A stretch of 64,000 nt of DNA from the NCBI RefSeq assembly GCF_006345805.1, contig NC_043000.1, forward strand, positions 150,598,001 through 150,662,000, written 5' to 3'. Below the pieces are notes generated by a model. The model was not told the DNA's origin and ran no database searches. It saw only the letters and a program-made list of their open reading frames with translations. Below are positions 51,396 to 64,000 of this stretch, one piece after another (within the stretch, counting starts at the first letter, position 1; every line of letters starts with the position of its first letter). This DNA is from Octopus sinensis (lineage: Eukaryota). A program made the translations under genes and the position numbers.

Positions 51396-51618
51396 CTATA
51401 ATTAGTTAGTTAGTTAGTTAATTTTTTGGCTCAAAAAGCAAAAAGCAAGGCCATGTAGGGGGACATGGAGTTATGCACAGGGGTTCAGGCCACTTGTGGT
51501 CAAGGGAGACTTTTAACCGAGCGGTCGTCGGCATCTTCACCATCTCGTCCGGCAGCTTATTCCATGGATCCGCAACCCGGACGGAGAAAGCCCCTCTCCT
51601 TCGATTGAGATGAACTCG
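51396..51618 (-). mobile_element. CR1-type LINE 3' end with (TAAC)n tail, inserted in a SINE
   Basis: Minus-strand peptide RRGAFSVRVADPWNKLPDEMVKMPTTARLKVSLDHKW; AAGACACTTGCC duplicated around it. Confidence 0.8.
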
Positions 51619-54600
51619 TAAGACACTTGCCCAGTTTCATTGAACCTGGAACCATGTGGTTGTAGAGCAAAGTTCTTACCATACACCTCCACCTATAGCC
51701 ACCATTTTCTTTTATAAGGAGAACTAAATTATTTCTCTCACTCTTGTGTGAATGAGAGAAATATCTTAGCTGATGAAAGAAGATAATCCACCTAATTCCT
51801 GACAAGGAAAATGAAAACAGCAGATATGACCAACAATCTTAAATGCCAATATTTCTATTTTATGGCCATCTTTCCTTTTACTTACACAAATTTGAAGCTA
51901 ATTCCTTTTGAGTTTTAATTAGGTTCTAACGAAGTATCGTTTTCTTGGCTGACTAATCATAGATTTGTTTCCTATTCTTGATTCTGAGTCATGTACAAGC
52001 AGAGTACTATATTCTGTGTATACAATTAACTGGTTACAAAAGCAACCAAATAGAGAATGATAATGACTTAGTTGTTGAGCAGTGGATCCAATAGAAACTG
52101 AAATATATAAAAAAAAGAAAAATCTTCACAGGCGTGGCTGTGTGGTAAGTTGCTTGCTTCCCAACCACATGGTTTCGGGTTCAGTCTCACTGTGTGGCAC
52201 CTTGGGAAAGTCTCTTCCATTTTAGCCTCAGGCCAACCAAAGCTTGTATATCCTGTATCATATATTCTTTTCTATTCTAGGCACAAGGCCCGAAATTTTT
52301 GGGCAGGTGGGGCCAGTTGATTAGCTTGACCCCAACTAGTACTTAATTTATCAACCCTGAAAAGATGAAAGGCAAAATTTACCTCGGCGGAATTAAAGAC
52401 AGACGAAATACCGCTAAGCATTTTGCCTGCCATGGTAACACTTCTGCCAGCTCACCACCTTAATACCATATATTCTGTATCATATATTGTACATTGTGTA
52501 TCATATATTTTGTATTGTGTATCATATATTGTTTATCATATATATTGTGTGTGTTGAATGGGAGATGGCAGAATTGGTTGCGTATCAAACAACATGCCTT
52601 CTGGTTTTTAATTATGTCCCTTTGCATTCTGATTTCATAAGGCTGACCTTGCATTTCATCCATTCTGAGGTTGATAAGTAAGTACCCCTCAGTCATTGAG
52701 GTTTAATAAATAGACTATACCTTTGAAGGTAGTGTCTCAGCATGGCCACAGTCCAGTCATCATCATCATCATCATCGTTTAACGTCCGTTTTCCATGCTA
52801 GCATGGGTTGGACGGTTCAACTGGGGTCCGGGAAGCCAGATGGCTGCGCCAGGCCCAGTCTGATCTGGCAGTGTTTCTACGGCTGGATGCCCTTCCTAAC
52901 GTCAACCACTCCGTGAGTGTAGTGGGTGCTTTTTACGTGCCACCTGCACAGGTGCCAGACGATGCTGGCAAACGACCACGATTGGACGGTGCATTTTACG
53001 TGCCACCGGCACGGGGGCCAGACGGGGCTGGCAACGGCCACAATCAGATGGTGCATTTTACGTTCCACCAGCATGGAGGCCAGTCGGGGTGGTGCTGGCA
53101 ACGGCCACATTCGGATAGTTCTCTTACTTGCCAACAGCACTGGTATCACAGCTACAATTTCCATTTATGTTGATCGATTTTGATTTTCATTTAAATAAGA
53201 TACCTGTTGATGGCACAGAAAGGTTTTCGACATGTGATGGATTCACAAGAAAAGCTTACAAATATCTCTGAATGGCTCCTGCAGTCTCTTTGTGGAGCAA
53301 AGCATCTTTAGTGTGTTTTTCACCTGAGATAGGATAAATGAATAATTATCCCTGTAGGAAATAAAATCAATTGCTTGAGCTTTATCCTTTATGGAAATTA
53401 CTAACTTAAAAGAGATTGTTATAAATGAGAATTGGGCCTGTCTTACAAACCTTGTAATGTTATGAGTTTACCACCTGCACTGAGGAGCTTGCCATTATGT
53501 TATGAGTCTCTTGCATAACTTAGCTAGTGGCTATTATGATTGAAGCATAAATGCTTTCATGTTTATTTCACAAGGATAATCAAGAATGAAAAATCTCCAG
53601 CATAGCCTTGGTTGTGAAGGTTAAAACAAATTATTGAAATAAAGAACAAGCCAAAATGATTCTAAAAGTACCAGTTGCATACTGGGTCAAGCTAATCGAC
53701 TGGCCCTATCCCCCAAAATTTCAGGCCTTGTGCCTAGAATAGAAAAGAATATATGATACAGGATATACAAGGACCAGTCAGAAAGTAATGCAAATAAAAT
53801 TTCATTACTATCAGGTTCTTTTTATGAGAATACATAAGGTAGACACACTTTAAGAATTGTATGAAGATCTATATATTACCAATTGTCAGTCATCATATTT
53901 AAAAAATAATATTTATAAATTTCCTAATATTGGGGTATTTAGTGTAGCCCATTGCTATATCTGTAAATGTAAAAAAAAGGTTTATTTGGAAGACTTCAAA
54001 TATTTGTTCATTAAGTTGAGTTGTGTGAATAGTGATTTGAACTAATTGACATGAAAAATGTTGTAATTGTGTGGAGATCTCATTAAAATGTACAAAATGA
54101 TGAAATGATATGTTGATGTGGATTATAGAAATTATACTCTATATAATGGAAGAAACATTTTAAAAATTGAAAATAAGAAAGTCTAGGATGGATTCATGAA
54201 AACAGCTTTAATCCGATGGCATTCATATTATTCTGTCACAAGTAATACTTATTTATTCACATTGTTTTAAATTAATCGTGCATTATCTTGAAGCTTTGAG
54301 ATTTTGATGAGGTAGCTCATTTACTCATTTACTCATTTACTTGTTTCACCACCTTTAGTCGAGCAAATCGACCCCGGGACTTATTCTTTTGTAAGCCCAG
54401 TACTTATTCTATCAGTCTCTTTTTGCCGAACCGCTAAGTGACGGGGACGTAAACACACCAGCATCGGTTGTCAAGCAATGCTAGGGGGGACAAACACAGA
54501 CACACAAACATATACACACACATACATATATATACATATACATATATACTACAGGCTTCTTTCAGTTTCCGTCTACCAAATCCACTCACAAGGCATTGGT

Positions 54601-55708
54601 CGGCCCAGGGCTATAGCAGAAGACACTTGCCCAAGATGCCATGCAGTGGGACTGAACCTGGAACCATGTGGTTGGTAAGCAAGCTACTTACCACACAGCC
54701 ACTCCTGCGCCTGTTAAGTTTTTAGAATAATGATGTAGGGTAGAATTGAGAAACCAGTTTGAACATAAAACAGGAGGCATATTTTGTCCAAATATGGCTG
54801 GTTTAAATACTAAAAGGTTATGGTTGTAGTTTATCCTTTAGAAAACATTTACACTGAATATAACTTTATATTTCAATAGTCCAATTTATTACAGATAAAG
54901 TTGCTGTGATGTTAAGCTACATGGATTGCTATGTTCTTACTACAACTTCTACTATATTACTAAATCTTGCTATAACTACTACTGTGTTCTGGTCTTGGCC
55001 TAAGCACATTACGTGAGCTCATACATAACCACTGGGTGGTGTTAAATGGAAGCTTTAGACCAAACATTCCTGCAATATGTGAATATCCAAATTTGCGAAA
55101 CTATCCATGTTGTTATTGATAAAATGACTAAAAAAATTTTCCAATTATTTACAAAGAAATAAATACATTTAATGATGGCAACTTTTTATATAGTTTTAAT
55201 TTGAAAGGCACCACACATACACTGTGTGTGTGTGTGTATAATAATAATAATAAAACATTGTGTACAGTGCTCAGGTGCACTACAACTCATCTAAAGTGTA
55301 TGTATAGTACATAGGGTAATGTACAAGCGTCAGGAAAAGAACAGTGCATGAGTCATGACATACACATATGTATATGAGTATGGAAGGGGGACAATCAGGT
55401 GTAGTTTCGGCGGATTTCGGAAAGCATGAGGGCCTTAAAGGATGCAGTGTCATGGCAGTCAACAACTCACACAGGCAATTTGTTCCATGCTTCAGCGACT
55501 CTGAGCGTGAAAAAATGTTTCCGAAAGTCATGGGAGCTGTGCTGTTTTCTGACTTTGTAGGCATGTCCACGTGTGTTGGACACATGGAGATCAAAAAGGT
55601 GTTCAGTGTTGTTGTTGGTGAGGTGGTTGATAACTTTGTGGGTGTTTACCAAGTTCATCGCCAGACGCCGGAGCTTCAGTGAATCCATGCCCAGGGAAAC
55701 AAGGCATG

Positions 55709-56048
55709 TAAAGAATAAGGAGAAAATGGAGAGGTAATTAATAAAATCATTTATTAATTATAAAATATGACAACATCTCTGACAGCTGTTTCAATTCAGA
55801 AATCTTTAGACAATTAATTTATAAAATTAAAAATCATTTTAAGAGGAATCTCTTCAGAGGTAGTAAAGAGTTAATGGCCTCTAGCTGTTATCTCAACATG
55901 TCTTTCTAATCAGTACGTCTTTACTAATCAATTTTATAAATTAATTATCTAAAGATTCTGAATCGAAACAGGTGTCAGAGATGTTGTCATATTTTATAAT
56001 TAATAAATAATTTTATCAATTACCTCTCCATTTTCTCCTTATTCTTTA
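55709..56048. mobile_element. fold-back element family D with hammerhead motif
   Basis: About 120-bp inverted arms (55709-55828 / 55931-56048); minus strand CTGAAGA-GATTC...GAATT-GAAACAGCTGTC at 55777-55860; helix I only 2 bp. Confidence 0.72.
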
Positions 56049-56235
56049 AATATATAAATATATGAACCATGGTTACCTTATAGTTGAACTTTCTATAGGT
56101 TGGTAACTAACCAGTATTTTCATTGGATTTATGATCCCTTAATGAGGTTTATTACCTTTACTTGTTTATATATATATATAGTGTGTGTGTGTGTGTGTGT
56201 GTGTACATTATATGTATATATACATTATGTATATA

Positions 56236-56618
56236 TCTCTCTCTATATAAACGGCAGTTTGTCTGTGTGTGTTTCTGTGTGTCTGTTAGGTTGTACCCTC
56301 ACCCTGACCACGGCTTTCAACCGATTCTGATGAAACTTGACACACACATAGCCTAATGTCATAATTCAAAACTAACGCAGCGAAAATTTTGAAAAGTTCC
56401 CCCAGTTCTGAAAAAAATCGATAAATTCGACATGGGGTCGAGAATCAGAAACACAAACCACAGACTGTCTAGGGGACGCAACTCCACCTTTTTAACTCAA
56501 AAATAAATTTACCACAATTTTTTTCCCATTTTTTGGCTATTTTTTGGCTATAACTCTCTAAAAATGCTTTATAGTTATTTCCCTTACAAACCCGAACAAC
56601 GCCAGGCGATACTGCTAG
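56236..56618 (+). mobile_element. non-autonomous Helitron
   Basis: A|TC start and CTAG|T end; last about 60 nt nearly identical to 1553-1949. Confidence 0.8.
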
Positions 56619-56624
56619 TATATA

Positions 56625-56992
56625 TATAATTTTTTCGGGAAAAATTTTTATCAATGGCCAGCATATCAAAAAATGCCTTTAAAGGTAAAATTTATACATA
56701 ATTTACAAGATAAGGGCAGAAGAAAAATTCTAATGCCAGATACGCGGAAACAAAAAAAATTGGTGCTTGCTTCTTCTGTGGGTATGAATAAGTATTTCAT
56801 TTATATCTCGCATATGTGCTGCTGAAGAGGGGAAAATTTCTTGTGAATTAACCCCGAAATTGGACCAATACGGTAATAACGAATTTTTTAGAGATTTCTA
56901 TCGGTTTGTTTCGAGACTCATAAATTTAATGGTTATCGACATTTTTTTTGTTTCGGTATATCTGGCATTAGAATTTTTCTTCTGCCCTTATC

Positions 56993-56997
<5 letters not shown>
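56625..56997 (+). mobile_element. asymmetric fold-back element family F
   Basis: 57-bp inverted arms (56704-56760 / 56941-56997), one-sided extension, flanked by (TA)n. Confidence 0.72.
56817..56875 (+). ncRNA. type I hammerhead ribozyme (sense to RELCH)
   Basis: TGCTG-CTGAAGA-GGGG...CCCC-GAAA-TTGGACCAAT-A-CGGTA; predicted AUA cleavage after 56870. Confidence 0.75.
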
Positions 56998-57023
<26 letters not shown>

Positions 57024-57069
57024 ATCATCATCATCATCGTTTAGCGTCTGTTTTCCATGCTAGCATGGG

Positions 57070-57105
<36 letters not shown>

Positions 57106-57511
57106 TAATGTGTGAGTGTATATATGTATATATATTTTTGCCCATGTAATGACACATGCTATTCCCTTGACAGTCTGCTTCTCTGGACTTTTCCCCTTTA
57201 TTCGATGTAGAACCATGCTCAAAGTGTTATAATTTTACTCCTGTTTTTCCTTCAACAATTTTCATTGACTTTTGTTGATTTTTTTAGTTTCATTTTGTTC
57301 TTCATACTTCTGTACAATTGATTCCTTAAAGAGTTCAAGCTGTACATCATTTATATTTTGTTTTAGCAATGATAGAAATATTCTGAATATCTTTTCTTTC
57401 TGGTTTCCTTTCTTCAGTTTTCAGATAGCTGTTCAAAAATTGTCATTTTTATTATTTTCATTGTTCAGACTCAAGTTTTTTTTTTTTTAAAGGAAAAGAA
57501 AGAGCGACTAC

Positions 57512-57551
<40 letters not shown>

Positions 57552-58238
57552 CGTAAACACATAACTAAATCAATGATTAATGATTTAGCTCCCTGTTATA
57601 GTCATCTCACTTTATTGATTCTTCTAGAAAGTACTAAATAAATTAACCCATATGAAAAGAATGCTGTACAAAACTACGTTTTCATCATTGATTAATGCCT
57701 ATTAGGGTTATAGTGTTATCATATTAAGGGCGGATCATTTTCACTGCTTATTCTCGTGGGGGTGTGGTAATCAAAACCTAGCTTTATAACTATTGACTTT
57801 GATCTCTTTTATCACAAGTCAGCTTTCGGTTTGCGTATATAACTCATGAAGGAAATTGGTTTGGAGTGATAGTTAATTGGCCACCACCAATGTGGAATTA
57901 TCACTTCTGTTTAGTCTCCTACGTCTTTTCTTCATTTACCACTCATAAGTTGAATGTTTCTATAAAAGAAAATAAAGAACTATGATAATTTCTTTTGATT
58001 AAGAACAATTTTGTAATAACATGAGCGAGAAGTTAATTGTACTTTTCTTCCTTATACTGCATGGCACTTATTTTATTAACTCGAGCAGAATGAAAGATAG
58101 TCAGTATTAGTAGGATTTGAACTTAGAACAGTAAGGCACAATACTTTACAAATGATAAAGAATTGTATGCTATTCCATACCCTGACTTCTTTGATGTTCT
58201 GCTATGTATTTAATTTTTTTCTTTTCTACATTATTTAG

Positions 58239-58345
58239 GATGATGATCATAACCAGTTGTTTAGATTCCTTCAAGATGTTGTTACAACTTTGGCAATTTG
58301 TCAAGCACCATTAGATAGTATACAGGCTGCATTCCAAGAACTTAG
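58239..58345 (+). CDS. RELCH: RELCH exon (last confidently found in window)
   Basis: tttag/gtttgt; DDDHNQLFRFLQDVVTTLAICQAPLDSIQAAFQEL. Confidence 0.92.
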
Positions 58346-60707
58346 GTTTGTATTCCATTAATAATGTATTTATTATTTTATAGTCATAATTTTGTAAACA
58401 TTTTTATCTTTTATTTTGAGGAGATATTTCTTTTCAATTTGATAAGGTCTATTTTGAAATGGACAAGAAAGAACATGAGCAAACAATACAAAAAGAAAAC
58501 AAATAAGTAAATAGAATGAGAGGAATGGTGATGATGATAATGATGCTGATTATAAGTGGATGTTGGTCACGTGTCTTATAGATATAAAAAAAAAAATCAA
58601 CAAATTATATTTGGTATAAAAGTGCCAAATAATTTGTTACTGTTTTCTGCTTTATTTTACTTTTTAAAGATAACTCAAGTGTTTTTATTTAACCTCTCCA
58701 CTTGTTTTGATGAGAAGTGTAGATATATTTAGTTTTTCTTATCCAGTGATTTATGCTTTTATAAACTAGATGTAAATTAAAAAAATGTTTGAGACAGAGA
58801 TCCAGCTCCCTTTGCAACAGTCTAATATGTACAGTGTCAAGATATGTGGCTAAGTGGTTAGGGCGTTGCACTCATGATTGTAAGATTGGGTCAGGTGATG
58901 TGTTGTGTTCCTAAGCAAAACACTTCATTTCATGTTACTCCAGTCCACTCAGCTGGAAAAAATGAGTGAACCTATGGTGGAATATACACACAACAGAGTC
59001 CTGGAAACCAGTCTTATGAATGCATGGCTCAAGAAGAACCTTTGATCCTTTTTTTTGAATATGGCCATTGCCAGAAGTATATAAAAATCATGTTTTCAAT
59101 GTTTGGTCTCACGGAAGCAATGACAACTGACCAAGACCTTTGGCCTTATGTCATGCTTGAGAAGAAGATCCATCAAGCCAAGTGAAATAATAGTTGTGGC
59201 AGGTACGGATGACACACGAATGGCACCTGTGCTGGTGGCATGTAAAAGTATCCATTACACTCTTTGAGTATTTGGTGTTTGGAAATGCATCCAGCTGTAG
59301 AAATCATGTCAAATCAGACTAGAGCCTGGTACAGTCTTCTAGCTTGCCAGCCATGGTCAAACCATTCAACCCTTGGCAGCATGGACAATGGACGTTAAAT
59401 GATGATGATGATTTACAGTTTGATTTATTATATCGTTTAACATCCGTTTTCCATGCTAGCATGGGTTGGACGGTTCGACCGGGGTCTGGGAAGCCAGGGG
59501 CTGCACCAGGCTCCAGTCTGATCTGGCAGTGTTTCTACGGCTGGATTCCCTTCCTAACGCCAACCACTCCGCGGGTGTAGTGGGTGCTTTTTACGTGCCA
59601 CCGGCACAGGTGCCAGGGAAGTCTGGCATCGGTCACGATCGGTTGGTGCGTTTAACGTGCCACCAGGAAAAAATTTGAGGAAATATGTATGAAAGGCATA
59701 ACCTATATAAAATAAAAGGTACATGACACAAGACGTTTCTGTAAGGGAGTGATAGATTTCATAATGACTGAATTTTTTTTTTTTTTATGTCATGTATTTG
59801 TGATTGAGAGCATCATTGTTATAAGCTTCTAAGGGGCCAAACATTGGTTCATTGTATTTTCGATTGTGACAGTTTGAAGGGATGTTTGTGCACTCAGCCT
59901 TTGAAAGCCTGTATCTTATTAAGCTGAGATGGCCTTTGAGACAGTTTCCAGATGTTTCTTCCAAATTTTGATAGTCGAGAGTAGATAGCCCCTGTCCAAA
60001 AAAAAAGAGAGTCTTGGCATTGGGTGATGAGGGACGATACACTGGCTGGAATGTACTGGCCCTTGTAAAATGGTGTCTATCATACTGTAGTTATAGTATT
60101 TGTTGGAGTTATGATGAGTTGTGTGCTTTTTGTTAAGAACTGTTGTTGCAGTAGCCTGCCTCTTGAGTGGTAACTCTTTACTCTTTTACTTGTTTCAGCC
60201 ATTTCTCTGCAGCCATGCTGGAGCACCGCCTTTAGTCGAACAAATCGACCCCGGGACTTATTCTTTGTAAGCCCAGTACTTATTCTATCGGTCTCTTTTG
60301 CCGAACCGCTAAGTAACGGGGACATAAACACACCAGCATCGGTTGTCAAGCAATGCTAGGGGAACAAACACAGACACACAAACATACACACACATATATA
60401 TATATATATACATATATACGACGGGCTTCTTTCAGTTTCCGTCTACCAAATCCACTCACAAGGCTTTGGTCGGCCCGGGGCTATAGTAGAAGACACTTGC
60501 CCAAGGTGCCACGCAGTGGGACTGAGCCCGGAACCATGTGGTTGGTAAACAAGCTACTTACCACACAGCCACTCCTGCGCCTAATGATTGCGTGTTTTTT
60601 TTCTTAGTTTCATCACTATAAACTGCAAATATTCTAGGAACTTCCTTCTGAGTTTCATGGAGTTGGTTGAGCATGCTTTGTGAAGCAATCACCAGCATAG
60701 GATCATA

Positions 60708-60852
60708 GGATCACTCGGCTCGTCCGTCGATGAAGAGCGCGGCTATCCGCATGAACTGATGCGAATTGCAGGACTCAGTGAACATCGACACCTCGAACGC
60801 ACATTGCGGCCCCGGGATCCTATCGTCCCGGGGCCCCGTCCGGTTGAGAGGT
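60708..60852 (+). pseudogene. 5.8S rRNA-derived retrocopy (5' truncated by about 12 nt)
   Basis: GGATCACTCGGCTCGT.CGTCGATGAAGA...GAATTGCAGGAC...ATCGACAC.TCGAACGCACATTGCGGCCCCGGG matches eukaryotic 5.8S; isolated, with no 18S, 28S or ITS context. Confidence 0.93.
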
Positions 60853-63169
60853 ACAATGGCAGTGCCCCAGCATGGCCACAGCTCATGAGCTGAAACTAGA
60901 ATCAATCAATCATAGAAAGGCATTCTCCAAAATGCTTTGTATTTTGGGATTTATAAATAGTGAGAGGACATGATTTCAGATTCATAACAATGGTTTTGCT
61001 GTAGCCTGAGATGACTGTGGAACAAGGATTACTTTAAATGTTATGATGGTCATTCTAGGAAGAATCTTCTTCACACTGTTGGGAGATTTTTGTGCACAAG
61101 GGCTAAGCTGAATTCCTACTCTTCCAGTTCTTTTACTTTTCTTTTTATCTTTTACTTGTTTCAGCCTTTAGACAATGGCTATGCTGGAGCACTGCTTTCA
61201 AGAATTTTCAGTCGAATGAATCAACCCTAGTACTTGCTTTTTTAAATCCTGGTACTTATTCTATCAGTCACTTTTGCTGAACTTCTAGGTTACAGGGACC
61301 AACACCAGTTGTCGAATGATAGTGGGGGATAAACACACACACACACATGCGCGTGCGCACAGGCGCGACGGGATTTTTTTCAATGTTCATCTAGTAGTTA
61401 ATGCTTTCCCAGGGTGCCATGCAGTGGGACTGAACCTGGAACCTTGTGGTTGGGAAGCAAACTTCTTACCACACAGCCATGCTGTGGTCCCCTCCCCACT
61501 GAACCAAATATATAAATGTCCAGTCTTCTCTCACTATTTGATATTCTGGGTAAATTCATTATGGTAAAAGTAATTCATTATGTAAAATGCATATCATGTC
61601 CCTAGTAACTGTTGATATCTCTTGTTCAGATAATGGGATTCAGAGTTGGCCTCACAGAAGGGACGACAAGGCACTGAAACTCCAGGTGGTTTGCTATGCT
61701 TGAGAAGGCATGTCAAGCTAAGAAAAATCATGGTTCTCTTTGCATACAACCATGTTCCCCACATTACCTCTCCAGCTGAGTGTTCATTATCTTGTGGGCT
61801 TGTGGGTGCTAATGCCACATAAAATGGCATCTATACTGGTACCGCGTAAATGCACCCATGCCAGTGCTGCATAAAAGCATTCAGCATACTCTGTAAAGTG
61901 GTTGGTGTTAGGAAGGGCATCCAGCCCATAGAAACCATGCCAAAACAGACAGTTGGAGCCTGGACAGCTCTTCATCTGGCCAGCTCCTGTCCAAACGTCC
62001 AACCCATGCCAACATGGAAAACAGACATTAAAAGGTGATGATGATTTAGGGTTCACACATTGAAGTTTGAAATTATGGAAATACTTTTGCAGCTGAGCAA
62101 TGAAGAGTTTTTACTTTGGCTTTTTAAAGTTGATCCACAGCTGGTATCACAGCAGAAAGTATTTTTCAGCTAGCTGCATGATAGCTGATGCAATATAAAG
62201 ATATCGTTTTAGCAGACATTATTTCTAACATCTTTAGGAATGCGGTGATCCTGGCCACTACCCTCACATTACTCAGCATCATGTGAGTGTTGCCATTGGT
62301 CAGTAGGTGACTCTTTCACAGAAACTGCACATTCAGTATGTTGTTTTCCATAGTATTACCTGTAGTTCTTCGGCTCTTTGCTTTCCCAAAAAGTGACTTG
62401 TATTTTGTTCTGGGAGTTTTATTTTCATAGTTACCATTAACCTGTATCTAGAAGCTCTTCCTCTGGTTGTCCCCTGGGAACCTTGCTATGTAGGAGTTCT
62501 CTCTCTCTCTCTCTCTCTCTCTCTCCCAATCCTCACCCTGTATAACATCTGTCCTAATGATTGTGGAAGGCATGAACTTTCAGATAGGCCATGATAACAA
62601 TAAAAAAATCATGTTTCACCATTTAACCAGTCACAATGATTGGCTCATTGGATTTCATCACTGAAAATAACCTTCTATGCCTAAATACCAATACTCATCA
62701 GAAGGGATCCTATACGCACACAATTATTTCCGTGCTTTAATGGCTAAAATTAACAAGTTCTTAAATTAAAAGTGGAAAAATAGAAAGCTAAACTACATCA
62801 TCATCATCATCATCATCGTTTAGTGTCCGTTTCCGCGCTAGCACGAGTTGGACGGTTCAACTGGGGTCTGAGAAGCCAGGGGCTGCACCAGGCTCCAGTC
62901 TGATCTGGCAGTGTTTCTACAGCTGGATGCCCTTCCTAACGCCAACCACTCCGCGAGTGTAGTGGGTGCTTTTTACGTGCCACCTGCACAGGTGGCAGGG
63001 GAGTCTGGCATCGGCCACAATCGTTTGGTGCTTTTAATGTGCCACCGGCATGGAAGCCAGCCAAGGCGGTGCTGGCAACGGCCACTTTCGGATGGTGCTT
63101 TTTATGTGCCACCGGCACAAAGAATATAATTCCGTTGAATGAATTAGTTCTGATCATTGTATACTGTCT

Positions 63170-63900
63170 ACTAGAATTTGACCGAGTTCAGAAACCAGCA
63201 AACTGAAAACTTCAAAATGTCTTTCATGTGACAGGTATGTGTTTAATAACAAAATGATCTGTCAAAAATGCATTCATTGTTTTATTCAAACTCAGATTCA
63301 ATGCTTTGAACAATTCCCTGAATATACCATATTTTGCAATTTTGTCACTTCTCGTCAACAAGCAGTTAAAGGACGCCTTCCTACAAGGATTGAAATAAAG
63401 CATCAAGTCTCATGGGAGCTTGAAGCTATTATTGAGAAGTTCAATCAGTTGATAAGTGCCACTCATTGAAAGTCAATTAAATCGTTCACAACAATATTAC
63501 GAAATTCTTCAAAACATCTCAGCAAGGTGAAATTGGAATAACAGAATTATATTGAAAATAAAATAGATTCAACTGTGCATGTAGTAGTGAAGAAACACTC
63601 TTCTCTGATATGGCAAACTGTCATTGAAATAAGTTGTAGGAAAAATACAAACAATTCAAAACTAAAAGCCACAAGTCTTCAGGAATAACTAAATAAGTGG
63701 AAGGAACATTTGCATCACCTTCTCAGTAATTCCCAAGCAATTCCATATAGATTCATAGAAACTGCTACAAAACATGATCTTGACATTAAACTCGACAATT
63801 CCTCATCAGATGAACTCACTGAAACCCCCCAAAAAATAGAAAGGCAGCTGGTTTTTGATAATGTACCACCATAAATCTCAGTGACACCCTCCTTCAATAA
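63170..63900 (+). pseudogene. old degraded LINE ORF2 (endonuclease-RT linker)
   Basis: Broken peptide WQTVIEISCRKNTNNSKLKATSLQE*LNKWKEHLHHLL resembles LINE ORF2 linker sequence. Confidence 0.55.
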
Positions 63901-63915
63901 TGTAATGGAGTATAT

Positions 63916-64000
63916 CAGTGCTTTTCAAACTTTTTGCTGGAGCGGAACCCCAAGGAAACATTCCACTGGCTCGAGGAACCCCTGTGCAATAATTTAATAG
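63916..64000 (+). mobile_element. probable hAT-like MITE left end (cut by window edge)
   Basis: CAGTGCTTTTCAAACTTTTT...GCGGAACCCC resembles hAT/Charlie-type termini. Confidence 0.5.

Noticed and set aside
59785-60070. 85-aa minus-strand ORF
   Set aside because: No recognisable motif; possibly an old LINE remnant but not supportable by eye.
60708-60852. Functional rDNA unit
   Set aside because: No ITS, 18S or 28S nearby; 5' truncated, several substitutions, and fused to a retroposon tail.
62660-62710. Minus-strand CTGATGA followed by a purine-rich motif
   Set aside because: GAAG instead of GAAA and no coherent helices.

Overview
AT-rich animal genomic DNA, inferred to be octopus (coleoid cephalopod) from its SINE/LINE content. 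The window lies inside one + strand gene, the RELCH/KIAA1468 orthologue (RAB11-binding LisH/coiled-coil/HEAT protein). I traced 19 phase-compatible coding exons from 3494 to 58345; the start and stop codons lie outside the window. The introns hold tRNA-derived SINEs, RTE- and CR1-type LINE 3' fragments, piggyBac-like TTAA MITEs, two non-autonomous Helitrons, a mariner remnant and microsatellites. Two observations stand out. (1) About six unrelated families of asymmetric fold-back elements, several with variable 9-13 bp target-site duplications, carry about ten minimal type I hammerhead ribozyme motifs with palindromic helix III, as in Penelope-like retroelements. These include sense-strand intronic copies and a two-copy family with a swapped G3-C8 catalytic core. 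(2) A near-complete 5.8S rRNA copy is fused to a SINE/LINE-type 3' tail and flanked by a 7-bp duplication. All assignments were made by eye; no folding or database search was run.
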